In this document: positions 9,978 to 19,811 of the stretch, one piece after another | How the letters are laid out: every line of letters starts with the position of its first letter | Numbering within the stretch: position 1 is the first letter of the stretch | Source of the DNA: a virus | Lineage: Duplodnaviria > Caudoviricetes | DNA length: 58,666 bases | Direction: 5' to 3' (one strand) | IMG/VR virus record: IMGVR_UViG_3300028383_000267 | Location: 1-58,666 of that record | The notes under the pieces: generated by a model | Told to the model about the DNA's origin: nothing | Database searches by the model: none | The model's input: only the letters and a program-made list of their open reading frames with translations | Translations under genes and position numbers: made by a program

Positions 9978-10537
9978 TGTATGTAAATTTTGAAGAAGAA
10001 ACAGGAAAAATTCTAGGAATTAGCCCCAAACAGAACAGAACCAGCTCTATTCCTGTATTTTTATCGTCAGTTCAGCCTTTATTAGACGGTGTCGAGCCTA
10101 AAAGAAACTACAGAGTTGAATATAACGCAAAAACCAAAGAGCTAGAACTAAAACATCAGTTCATTTCTAGGTTTGATGGCTCGAATGTTAATGATTTTAT
10201 CTATGAAATTCCTGAAACCGGTGTAAAAGATACAGATATTATAATAGAACAGAATATTTCAGAGATGTGCTGGAAAATCAAAATAGGATCTAAGCTCAAA
10301 AAAAATCTTCGTACTAAAAAGATACGACTAAATCAAACTTTAAATTTTGCTGTTACTAGAAAGCACGATCCTAACATTCTCTACAAAACTCTTTCTGTAG
10401 ACTTTTCTTCTATTATGACAGATAACTATGCATTGCTGCCTTTTGACATGCAGTTTGAAAGATCAGACGCGGCTATCAGTGTTTTTACAGCTAGAACGTT
10501 TGATTCCTATCTTTTTACAAGAGTGGTTAATGAATAA
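9962..10537 (+). CDS. Hypothetical protein
   Basis: 191 aa ORF coupled to both neighbours; no motif recognised. Confidence 0.6.
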   Translation: MSESLMYVNFEEETGKILGISPKQNRTSSIPVFLSSVQPLLDGVEPKRNYRVEYNAKTKELELKHQFISRFDGSNVNDFIYEIPETGVKDTDIIIEQNISEMCWKIKIGSKLKKNLRTKKIRLNQTLNFAVTRKHDPNILYKTLSVDFSSIMTDNYALLPFDMQFERSDAAISVFTARTFDSYLFTRVVNE

Positions 10538-11444
10538 TAAAATAAGAATAGTAGAACAGGACATAATTTTTCTTTCCTATGACGAGCCAAACGCAGAAAA
10601 AAATTACGCAGACCTCTGTCAAAAGATTCCGTGGGCAAAAAGAGTTCATGGAGTAAAAGGCTCTGATGCCGCACACAAGGCGTGTGCTGATATTTCTGAA
10701 ACAGACTATTTTGTTACAGTTGACGGTGACAACCAGATAGATACAGAATTTCTAGTTCAAGAAATTGATCTGGACGAGCTAGGTTTAACTTCCGATCATG
10801 TTTTTTCATGGTGCGGAAAAGTAAATGTGAATAACTTAATGTACGGAAACGGCGGATTAAAACTTTGGAATAAAAAATTTGTTCAAAATATGCGCACTCA
10901 CGAAGCAGCATCGCAGAATGACACTAAATCTCTTGTAGAGTTTTGTTTTAATAATCTATATTACCAATTCGATGATAATTTTTCTATTTCTTACATTAAC
11001 AGTTCTCCTTTTCAGGCTTTTCGAGCAGGATTTAGAGAGGGAGTTAAAATGAGTCTTGATCAAGGACAAAAGCTTTCTGATATAAAAACAGCTTGGTCAA
11101 AAAATTATGAACGTCTTTTAATATGGTGCTCTGTAGGAGCAGACATCGAAAACGGATTATGGAGTATGTACGGTGCAAGAGAAGGCTGTTACCTTACAAA
11201 TTGTACTGATTGGGATTATACACAGGTAAGAGATTTTGAATATTTAACAGAACAGTGGACAGATTACTATTCAAAATCAGAAGATACCTTGAAAGCAGAA
11301 ATTGAAAGGTTGGGGTCAATATTAACACAAGAGTTAAAATTAGAAATAGGTTATCTGGATCCTCAAGCAAGCAATTTTTTCAAAAAAGTGTATTATAACT
11401 TTCCTAGAAGATTAAAAAATGTCAAACGAACACGAAATAGATAA
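10530..11444 (+). CDS. Putative glycosyltransferase (GT2/GT-A-like)
   Basis: DIIFLSYDEPNA...RVHGVKG...AHKACA...VTVDGD (DxD), YGNGGLKLW, AFRAGFREG. ATG at 10530 preferred because it overlaps the upstream gene end. Confidence 0.65.
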   Translation: MNNKIRIVEQDIIFLSYDEPNAEKNYADLCQKIPWAKRVHGVKGSDAAHKACADISETDYFVTVDGDNQIDTEFLVQEIDLDELGLTSDHVFSWCGKVNVNNLMYGNGGLKLWNKKFVQNMRTHEAASQNDTKSLVEFCFNNLYYQFDDNFSISYINSSPFQAFRAGFREGVKMSLDQGQKLSDIKTAWSKNYERLLIWCSVGADIENGLWSMYGAREGCYLTNCTDWDYTQVRDFEYLTEQWTDYYSKSEDTLKAEIERLGSILTQELKLEIGYLDPQASNFFKKVYYNFPRRLKNVKRTRNR

Positions 11445-12780
11445 ATTAAAAGCAAAGCGAGACATAATTAATAAAATAAGCCCAAGCTTTTGTTCTGCAA
11501 AGTGGCTGCAAACAACTCTATATCTTCAAAACGGATATAATCACTCCTGTCATCACCCTGCACCTCACAAAATACCTGTAGAAGAGGTGCTAGAAAACCC
11601 AGCAGCATTACATAATTCAAAATTTAAAAAAGAACAACGGCAAAAAATGTTGCAAGGTGAAAGACCGGCAGAATGTTCCTATTGCTGGAAAACAGAAGAT
11701 CTCAAAGAAGATCATTTTTCAGATAGACATTATAAAACTTCAGATAATTGGGCATGGCCTCGTTTAAATGAAGTTGCCGAATCAAATCCGCGGGACAATA
11801 TAAATCCTTCTTATCTCGAGGTTAGTTTTTCAAATGTCTGCAATTTCAAATGTTCTTATTGCTCGTCCGAAATAAGTTCTAAGTGGCTAGAAGAGATTAA
11901 ACAATACGGTGAATACGATACCAGCCAAGCAAACCATAACCTTGATTGGTTAAAAGACAGTGGAAGATTTCCCTATAAAAACAGAGAAAAGAATCCTTAT
12001 GTAGAAGCTTTTTGGCAATGGTTCCCAGACATTCTACCTGATCTTAAAGTCTTCAGAATTACAGGAGGCGAGCCGCTACTCAGCAAGGAAACATGGAAAG
12101 TCTTAGACTATGTAGAAAACAATGCTGATAAACCTATCGATATTGCAATTAACACTAATCTATGTGTAGATAATCTATTAATAGATAAATTAATTGAAAA
12201 GTTTGAAGATTTGAAATCTAAAGGGCACTCTTGCGAAGTATATACCAGTCTAGAAAGCACTAGCAAAAAAGCTGAATATAGTAGATATGGATTAGACTAC
12301 AATCAATGGTGCAAGAACGTAGAGAAAATTCTCGAGCAAAGCAGCTTGAATGTTGCTGTGATGACAACAATAAATCTTCTCAGCATTACAGATTTTGGAA
12401 ATTTTATAGATTTGATTATGGAAATGCGTAGAAAGTATAATACTTCGTCTGCAGAGAATAGACTGCCTTTGAGCATAAATCAGTTGCACTGGCCACCTTA
12501 TTTAAATATTTCAATATTACCTAAAAAAATAAAAAACAAAATTTACGATGATATAATAAATCATTGCGAAAAACTGTTAAAATATAACAATGACGGTAAA
12601 ATAGAAAGACTGTATCTTGAGGAATGGGATCAAATTCAAAGGCTGTGCAAATCAATGATGTCCTCAGAACACAAATCTAACGAGATCATAGACTTTCAAA
12701 AATACATACTAGAGTACGACAGAAGAAGAAACACAGACTTTCGAAAAACATTTCCGGAATTAGAGGAATTACTAGACTAA
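11419..12780 (+). CDS. Radical SAM protein with N-terminal Twitch/SPASM-like domain
   Basis: CNFKCSYC, TGGEPL, INTN; N-terminal FCSAKW...SCHHP...CSYCW. Confidence 0.9.
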   Translation: MSNEHEIDKLKAKRDIINKISPSFCSAKWLQTTLYLQNGYNHSCHHPAPHKIPVEEVLENPAALHNSKFKKEQRQKMLQGERPAECSYCWKTEDLKEDHFSDRHYKTSDNWAWPRLNEVAESNPRDNINPSYLEVSFSNVCNFKCSYCSSEISSKWLEEIKQYGEYDTSQANHNLDWLKDSGRFPYKNREKNPYVEAFWQWFPDILPDLKVFRITGGEPLLSKETWKVLDYVENNADKPIDIAINTNLCVDNLLIDKLIEKFEDLKSKGHSCEVYTSLESTSKKAEYSRYGLDYNQWCKNVEKILEQSSLNVAVMTTINLLSITDFGNFIDLIMEMRRKYNTSSAENRLPLSINQLHWPPYLNISILPKKIKNKIYDDIINHCEKLLKYNNDGKIERLYLEEWDQIQRLCKSMMSSEHKSNEIIDFQKYILEYDRRRNTDFRKTFPELEELLD

Positions 12781-12781
12781 T

Positions 12782-14299
12782 ATGCCTAAAAAGCAGGATG
12801 AATCACTTGTACAATATAGAGATAGGATAATAGATAAAATTAGCAGCAGTTTTTGTGCTGCAAAATGGTATAATGCTACTATTTGGCTAGGCAGCGGAAC
12901 TACTGCTAGCTGTCATCATCCCCCTGCTCATCAAATTCCTTTAGAAGAAGTAAAGGAAAATTTCAAGGCGATTCACAATACTAAGCATAAGAAGCTCATG
13001 CGGAAAATGATGTTAAATGGTGAACGTCCAAAGGAATGTGAATATTGCTGGAAAATGGAGGACATTTCTAAGGATACTGTAAGTGACAGAGTTTTTAAAA
13101 CAATTATCTATCAAGACGACGAAATAAATGAGCTTGCTAAAGTAGACTATCGTGAAGATGTTGATTTAAAAACTTTGGAAATATCATTTGACAGAGTATG
13201 TAATCTTGCTTGCTCATATTGTAATGCTAGTTTTTCTACTACCTGGGCAAGAGATATAAAAAAGAACGGTGCATACCAAAATCTAGTGTCAGACGGCGCG
13301 GGAGCATTTCAACAGGACGGATCATGGACAGAGCCTTATACATCAGACGACGAGAATCCTTATATTCAAGCATTCTGGGAATGGTGGAATGACAGTTTAT
13401 CAGAAAGTCTTGATGAATTACGCATAACAGGCGGTGAACCTTTAATGAGCGGAAATACCTGGAAATTATTTGACTGGTTTTCCAATCAAAATTCTGATAT
13501 GAGATTTGCGATCAATAGTAACCTAATAGCAAAGCCTGATTTTATTGATAGTCTAATCGAAAAAACAAAAAACATTAATCGTTTTGAAATCTATACTTCA
13601 TGTGAAGCTGTAGGAAAGCATGCAGAATATATCAGAGACGGTCTAGATTATGGGTTGTGGAAAAACAACATGGTTAAAATATTAGACGAAGGAAATCTTC
13701 GCGGTATGCATGTCATGATGACAATAAACAGTTTGTGTCTTTTCAGTATTACTGACTTTTTTGATGAAATGTACGAAATCAAAGAATGGTTTCATGAAAA
13801 GACCGGAAAAAAGCAACCTACAATGAGTGTGAATTTGGTACGCTTTCCTAGTTTCCAGTCTCCTCTTGCACTTCCGGATCATATCAAAATCTATTTGAAG
13901 ACACAGTTAGAAGACTGGTATTCAAAAGCAAAAGAACAGCCGCTTTGGCATGAATTTGAAAAATCAAGCATTGAAAGATTGATCGATTATCTTGACGTAG
14001 TTGATGCTCCCCATAGAAGAACGTCTAACAAGATTACTCTCTGGAGAGATTTCAAAAGTTTTTACAAGCAATACGACAAGAGACGTGGAAAAAGCATCTA
14101 TGTTTTCCCAAAGATCTTAACAGACTGGTTCGACCAGTTGCCTGATACTGAATTATCAGAATTTGCGCAACTACGCAACGGTAATTCAACAAACCAGTAT
14201 CAAGCTGATGAAGAATTACAGCGCCTCGCAGAAGAGGAAGGCTGGATACTCGATCCAGATCCAAAAAATATTGATGAACCTCTCGGAAAATATGACTAA
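12782..14299 (+). CDS. Radical SAM protein with N-terminal Twitch/SPASM-like domain
   Basis: CNLACSYC, TGGEPL; N-terminal FCAAKW...SCHHP...CEYCW. Confidence 0.9.
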   Translation: MPKKQDESLVQYRDRIIDKISSSFCAAKWYNATIWLGSGTTASCHHPPAHQIPLEEVKENFKAIHNTKHKKLMRKMMLNGERPKECEYCWKMEDISKDTVSDRVFKTIIYQDDEINELAKVDYREDVDLKTLEISFDRVCNLACSYCNASFSTTWARDIKKNGAYQNLVSDGAGAFQQDGSWTEPYTSDDENPYIQAFWEWWNDSLSESLDELRITGGEPLMSGNTWKLFDWFSNQNSDMRFAINSNLIAKPDFIDSLIEKTKNINRFEIYTSCEAVGKHAEYIRDGLDYGLWKNNMVKILDEGNLRGMHVMMTINSLCLFSITDFFDEMYEIKEWFHEKTGKKQPTMSVNLVRFPSFQSPLALPDHIKIYLKTQLEDWYSKAKEQPLWHEFEKSSIERLIDYLDVVDAPHRRTSNKITLWRDFKSFYKQYDKRRGKSIYVFPKILTDWFDQLPDTELSEFAQLRNGNSTNQYQADEELQRLAEEEGWILDPDPKNIDEPLGKYD

Positions 14300-15605
14300 A
14301 AAAGTAAGCGAGTACTTCTGCGTTGCTCCTTGGACTCACACTTTTGTTTCTCCTCAGGGAGAAAGACGACTTTGCTGTGCTAGTAGAGAAGAACCCAGTT
14401 TTCAAAAACAGTATATTGATGCCGGTGATGACAACGATAATGATTTTGTCTCGCAAACTTTAGACGAGCACTGGAACAGTAATTATATGAAAGATATTCG
14501 TCGTAGAATGTTAAACGGCGAGCGTTTATCAACATGTGAAGTATGTAATGGGCAGATTTTAAATCTTCATACATACAAAGATTACTTTAATAAAACTCTC
14601 TTTCCAAACAAAATGGATGAGATATTAGAAAATACAGATGAGGATGGCTATACAACTCTAAAACCTATTAGTTACGATTATCGTATTTCTAATCTATGCA
14701 ATTTTAAATGCAGAATGTGCGGGGAGCAGTTATCTAGTGCTTGGGAAACTGAAAAAAATAAACATTACAAACTAGATTATACCACAAATAAATGGATGGA
14801 ACCTTCTACACGTAAGAAAATATCAAAATTCCAGGAAGAGGTGCTAGAAGAAGAATTGCAACGGGCAGTAGATGAAGGCAGAATTGAAGAAATTTACTGG
14901 GTAGGCGGTGAACCTCTTATGTGGGAACGTCATTGGACTGTGATGAATCAACTGGTAGAGACTGGCAATTCAAAAGATGTGGTGATAAGATATAACACAA
15001 ATCTTAGCAGAATAACTTATAAAAATTACAATCTGTATGACATGTTACCTTATTTTAAAAGAATAAATCTTTGTGCAAGCATAGACGGAGTTGGCGAAGT
15101 AGGTGAGTATATCAGAACTGGACTAGATTGGAAATCATGGTTTGAAAACTTCAAAAAAGGGATGTTTTTGATAGATAAATTCGGTGATGATGCTCTGGTA
15201 TTTGATGTTACCTTGACTACTCCTGGTTTTTTTGATTTAAAAAATCTATTCGATACAGTAACAGAACTAGATGTCAAGAGTTATCTTAAAATTACTTTTG
15301 CTTTTGATCCTTCTGTTGTGATGAGCCCGATGTGTTTGCCGAGAAAGATTTTAGATGACAAAATATATGAACTTCTAGAATATATGGAGCCTAGACAAAC
15401 ACGGAAGAACAAGGTATATATAGACACCTTGCAAGATATGTTGAAAAGACCTACTTTTGAGGAACAGTGGCCCGAAAAAGTACGTCAAGGCCTAAAAAGA
15501 GGAAAGCATAATATAGAATTTCTAGAGAGCATACGACAGCAAAAGACTACTTTTAGAAATGTTTTAAATAAGGATGCAAAAAAATGGTGGGACGCAATTG
15601 AGTAA
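14292..15605 (+). CDS. Radical SAM protein with N-terminal Twitch/SPASM-like domain
   Basis: CNFKCRMC, VGGEPL, YNTN; N-terminal CVAPW..H...LCC...CEVC. ATG at 14292 overlaps the previous gene end. Confidence 0.9.
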   Translation: MTKKVSEYFCVAPWTHTFVSPQGERRLCCASREEPSFQKQYIDAGDDNDNDFVSQTLDEHWNSNYMKDIRRRMLNGERLSTCEVCNGQILNLHTYKDYFNKTLFPNKMDEILENTDEDGYTTLKPISYDYRISNLCNFKCRMCGEQLSSAWETEKNKHYKLDYTTNKWMEPSTRKKISKFQEEVLEEELQRAVDEGRIEEIYWVGGEPLMWERHWTVMNQLVETGNSKDVVIRYNTNLSRITYKNYNLYDMLPYFKRINLCASIDGVGEVGEYIRTGLDWKSWFENFKKGMFLIDKFGDDALVFDVTLTTPGFFDLKNLFDTVTELDVKSYLKITFAFDPSVVMSPMCLPRKILDDKIYELLEYMEPRQTRKNKVYIDTLQDMLKRPTFEEQWPEKVRQGLKRGKHNIEFLESIRQQKTTFRNVLNKDAKKWWDAIE

Positions 15606-16785
15606 AACATTTTGTCCACTTCCTTGGACACATCTAGCCACTCATCCTCATGGGAGTGTGACGTTGTGTTGCGAAAGCGATCATTCTAACAGAGCATCTG
15701 AATCGAGAGATTTTCCTAAGCAATATAAAACGCTTCATTCCGAACAATTCGATTTTGATTCTATTTTTAATAGTGAATACTTTAATCAGGTAAGACAACA
15801 AATGTTGAACAACGAAATACCTGACGCCTGTTTTAAATGTTTTTACTATGAATCTATAGGAAAAGAAAGCAAACGTCAGCGAGAAAGCAAACGTCTGGAT
15901 TTCGGAATAGAAAACGCTAGTGAAATTACAAATCTAGACGGTTCTTTAAAATCTCTCGAGTTTGAGTTTATAGAGTTAAGGCTAGGTAATTATTGTAATC
16001 TAGGATGTAGAACCTGCAATCCTTCTAGCTCTACTACACTGAAAAAAGATTGGAAAAAAGTTTTTGGAGAGAAAGATTTAATAGATCAAAAGCTGTTTGA
16101 TTGGCCCGACAATGAAGATTTTTGGGAAAGTTTGTCTCAACACGTTGGCAATCTACAATACATATACATAAACGGCGGCGAACCTTTATTGATAGACAAG
16201 CATAAGTTTTTTCTAGAAAAACTAGTAAGGAACAATCATGCTCGAAACATTCATTTAGTCTATAGCACAAATGGCACAGTCGTTAACAACAAATTTATAG
16301 ATGTATGGAAGCATTTTAAGTCTGTTGATTTAATGATATCTGTAGATGATATAGAAGAAAGAAATACCTATATCAGATATCCATCAGATTGGAAAAAGAT
16401 ATTAAAGTTTTTGGATTGGATAGAAGAATTGTCTCAATCATTACCTATTACATTTAAAATACTGCAAACAGTGTCTGCAATGAATGTTTACTATTTAGGA
16501 GAAGTCGCGGATTATTTCGATAATAAAAACATACCAGTAAGCAGAAATTATGTACATCAACCTAAATATTATAGACCAGATGTATTGCCACAGCCAATCA
16601 AAAACAAAATACTAGAAATACACAAAGACTATGATTTTTATACAGAATTAAAACAAATATTAGGGTCTGAAAATAACGATTTTGATAATTTCATTAAAGT
16701 AACAAAAGAATTCGATGCAGTAAGGAAGCAGAGTTTTCATGATACATTCCCACAATTAGCGAAATTAATTTATGAGCACCAATAA
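15574..16785 (+). CDS. Radical SAM protein with N-terminal Twitch/SPASM-like domain
   Basis: CNLGCRTC, NGGEPL, STNG; N-terminal CPLPW..H...LCC...CFKC. Start may be the TTG at 15598. Confidence 0.9.
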   Translation: MQKNGGTQLSKTFCPLPWTHLATHPHGSVTLCCESDHSNRASESRDFPKQYKTLHSEQFDFDSIFNSEYFNQVRQQMLNNEIPDACFKCFYYESIGKESKRQRESKRLDFGIENASEITNLDGSLKSLEFEFIELRLGNYCNLGCRTCNPSSSTTLKKDWKKVFGEKDLIDQKLFDWPDNEDFWESLSQHVGNLQYIYINGGEPLLIDKHKFFLEKLVRNNHARNIHLVYSTNGTVVNNKFIDVWKHFKSVDLMISVDDIEERNTYIRYPSDWKKILKFLDWIEELSQSLPITFKILQTVSAMNVYYLGEVADYFDNKNIPVSRNYVHQPKYYRPDVLPQPIKNKILEIHKDYDFYTELKQILGSENNDFDNFIKVTKEFDAVRKQSFHDTFPQLAKLIYEHQ

Positions 16786-17968
16786 AGACACAAAATGTAT
16801 TTTACCGTGGATACACACGCACACATGGCCTAACGGTGCTGTATATCCTTGTTGTCTAACACCCATGGAGTATACAATGGGTGATTTAAATCAGGAAAAT
16901 CTAAAAGAAGTCTGGAATAACAAACAATACAAAAAACTTCGTGCAGAGATGATTTCAGGAAAAGAGCCTGAAAGTTGTAAACGCTGCTTCGAGCAAGAAT
17001 CAGTAGGCAAAAACAGTTTTAGAGAAGACGTGAATGAAAAATTTAGACATTTGCATTATCTATTTGACAAAACAAAACCAAATGGTTCTCTAGATTATTT
17101 TAAATTGTATTACTGGGACTTTAGATTTTCTAATATTTGCAATATGAGGTGTAGGAGTTGCGGTCCGCAGTTAAGCACAGGCTGGTATGAAGATACTAAA
17201 AAACTGTGGGGAGGTCTTCCTCAAGACATTCCAGATTCTGAACCTAAATTTGATATGTGGAAAGAAATTGAGCCGTTTTTTCCTGATGTCGAATCTATTT
17301 ATTTTGCAGGTGGAGAACCTCTTATAATGGAAGAGCACTACAAAATACTTGAAAAATTAGATGAATTAGAAAAATATGATACACACATAAGTTATAATAC
17401 AAATTTTAGTAGATTAACATACAAAAAAATAAACGCAGTCGATGTTTGGTCTAAATTCAAAAATGTAGAAATAGGTGCTAGCATAGACGGGTTTGGAAAA
17501 AAGGCCGAATATATAAGAAAAGGCACAGACTGGAACAAAATAGAAGCTAATAGAAAAGAGCTAAAAAGAAAAGCGCCAAATGTTGACTTCTGGATAAATT
17601 TTACTCTAAGTGTGTATAATTCATATCACGTTATAGAGTTTTATAATTGGGCAGTTGACTCTGGTTTTATAAAACCAGATAAATTCCATATTAATTTAGT
17701 GCAATTTCCGGAGCACTTAAGATTACAGATACTGCCAACTCATATTAAAAAAGACTTGACTCGAGAATACAAAAAATTAGCTGAGGTCACTAGGAAGAGA
17801 AATATAGATCATCTAGCAGATCAATTTGATAGTATTACGAATTTTATGTGGCAAGAAGATCGAACTGATTTACAAGAAAATTTCAAAAAGTATACTCTAG
17901 CAGTGGATAAAATTAGAGAAGAAAATTTTGAAACAGTTTTTCCTGAATTGGAACAATTATTAAGATGA
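16772..17968 (+). CDS. Radical SAM protein with N-terminal Twitch/SPASM-like domain
   Basis: CNMRCRSC, AGGEPL; N-terminal CILPW..H...YPCC...CKRC. Confidence 0.9.
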   Translation: MSTNKDTKCILPWIHTHTWPNGAVYPCCLTPMEYTMGDLNQENLKEVWNNKQYKKLRAEMISGKEPESCKRCFEQESVGKNSFREDVNEKFRHLHYLFDKTKPNGSLDYFKLYYWDFRFSNICNMRCRSCGPQLSTGWYEDTKKLWGGLPQDIPDSEPKFDMWKEIEPFFPDVESIYFAGGEPLIMEEHYKILEKLDELEKYDTHISYNTNFSRLTYKKINAVDVWSKFKNVEIGASIDGFGKKAEYIRKGTDWNKIEANRKELKRKAPNVDFWINFTLSVYNSYHVIEFYNWAVDSGFIKPDKFHINLVQFPEHLRLQILPTHIKKDLTREYKKLAEVTRKRNIDHLADQFDSITNFMWQEDRTDLQENFKKYTLAVDKIREENFETVFPELEQLLR

Positions 17969-18690
17969 AAACAATATTATGTGCAGGATGCAGCTGGACC
18001 TACGGGCATGGTTTACAAGACTATCAAACTTATCCAGCAAAAATTCAGGATCACTTAGATGATTGTAAAGTTATTAATGCAGGCTTAGGAGGGCGAGATA
18101 ATCAATATTCTACTTATGTAGTATCTAGAATGATTGCAGAAATGCAAATAGATTTAGTATTGTTCCAGATCACTACATTTGACAGATTAACACTAGGTAA
18201 TGATGGATACAAAAACTTTATAGAAGACAGAGTTTTCGACAAAAAACAAAAATCAATATATAATATCAAAGAAAAATATACTAGGCTAGGTTCGTTAGAT
18301 CATCAGGAGCACTTGACACTAACAGCTGGAGAGTATCTAAACTCAAAAAAGTCAAAAATCATCAAATATCTTATGGAAAAATCTGTTTATTCTAATTATA
18401 CTATAGATATTACTATAACTAATCTGTATAATCTAAAAATGCACTTAGAATATTTGAGAATCCCGATGGTTCTTTTTAGCTGGGTTCCATTACCTCAAGG
18501 TGTTTTTGATACTACTTACGGCAATAACTTAACGTCTCGAACCTACATAGATCAACCGGTTTTAAAATATCTCGAAACAAAAACCCAAAATTATTTTATT
18601 GATAATGGCTATCATGTAAGCGAAAAAGCCAATGCGTTAATTGCAAAGAATTTTTTAATACCCCACTGTATAAATATGGGAGTATTATGA
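17965..18690 (+). CDS. SGNH/GDSL-like hydrolase or acyltransferase
   Basis: Block-I-like GCSWTYG, NAGLGG, C-terminal DNGYH. Confidence 0.55.
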   Translation: MKTILCAGCSWTYGHGLQDYQTYPAKIQDHLDDCKVINAGLGGRDNQYSTYVVSRMIAEMQIDLVLFQITTFDRLTLGNDGYKNFIEDRVFDKKQKSIYNIKEKYTRLGSLDHQEHLTLTAGEYLNSKKSKIIKYLMEKSVYSNYTIDITITNLYNLKMHLEYLRIPMVLFSWVPLPQGVFDTTYGNNLTSRTYIDQPVLKYLETKTQNYFIDNGYHVSEKANALIAKNFLIPHCINMGVL

Positions 18691-19811
18691 GTAACTTCTG
18701 TATTTTGCCTTGGATACACCTAGAAGCAGATGCCAACGGATCGGCTAAGCCCTGTTGTCTATATGAAGAAACTGTTGGCAATTTGAATTATCAATCGATT
18801 GAAGAAGTATGGAACTCAAAAGAATTAATTAATCTCCGTGAGAAATTTCATAACAATGAACGTCCTTCGTTGTGCAAAAAGTGCTGGGATGTAGAAGACT
18901 CGGGCGGTAGATCTAAAAGGATCAACGAATTAGAACGATTTGATCATCTAATGTATCGAAGCAAGGAGACAGGTCGGCCTCCTGCTTATTTAGATTTAAA
19001 ATTAGGGCGAGTATGCAATATTAAGTGCCGCACTTGTAATAGTTTTAGTTCTTCAGCATGGACACAGGACGAAAAAAAGCTTTATGGAAAAGCATTTAAC
19101 GATAACGAACTTGGTTATTGGATATCTGATGATATGCCAGTCTGGAAAGAACTGTCGGAGATACTGCCTTATATTGAATTTATAGATTTTTCAGGCGGTG
19201 AGCCTCTACTAATAAAAAAACATTTTGAACTTTTACAAAAAGCCGTTGACATTGGCTGCGCTGATAAAATAAGCCTACATTATAATACAAACGGCACTAT
19301 TAAACCCACAGAAAAAATGTTTGAAATTTGGTCGAAATTCAAATATGTAGAAATAATGCTCAGTGCAGACGGAATAAAAGAAAGATTTGAATACCTAAGA
19401 CATCCTGCAAAATGGAATACCTTTACTAATACTTTTGAGATCTTTCAAAGAAACTCGCATATAGTTCATTTAACAATATGTCACTCTGTGAGTGCTTTAA
19501 ATGTTTTTTATTTGGATGAATTTATAGATTGGTGCGAAAGAAATTCTATAGTAGATCATAATCTATACCTTAACATAATTCATGAACCTGCATATTATTG
19601 TATTGCTAATTTGCCAACAGGGTTAAAAGAAAAAATTACAGAACATTTAAGAAACAAAAGATGTCAAGAAATCGTTAATTTTATGAATTCTCAAAACAGG
19701 AATCATTTTAAAGAGCTTCTTTCTAAAACAGAAAAATTAGACAATATTCGAAAAGAAACCTTTGCAGATGTTTTTCCAGAATTTTGGGAAGAAGCTGAGA
19801 TTTATAGATGA
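18687..19811 (+). CDS. Radical SAM protein with N-terminal Twitch/SPASM-like domain
   Basis: CNIKCRTC, SGGEPL, YNTNG; N-terminal CILPW..H...KPCC...CKKC. Confidence 0.9.
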   Translation: MSNFCILPWIHLEADANGSAKPCCLYEETVGNLNYQSIEEVWNSKELINLREKFHNNERPSLCKKCWDVEDSGGRSKRINELERFDHLMYRSKETGRPPAYLDLKLGRVCNIKCRTCNSFSSSAWTQDEKKLYGKAFNDNELGYWISDDMPVWKELSEILPYIEFIDFSGGEPLLIKKHFELLQKAVDIGCADKISLHYNTNGTIKPTEKMFEIWSKFKYVEIMLSADGIKERFEYLRHPAKWNTFTNTFEIFQRNSHIVHLTICHSVSALNVFYLDEFIDWCERNSIVDHNLYLNIIHEPAYYCIANLPTGLKEKITEHLRNKRCQEIVNFMNSQNRNHFKELLSKTEKLDNIRKETFADVFPEFWEEAEIYR

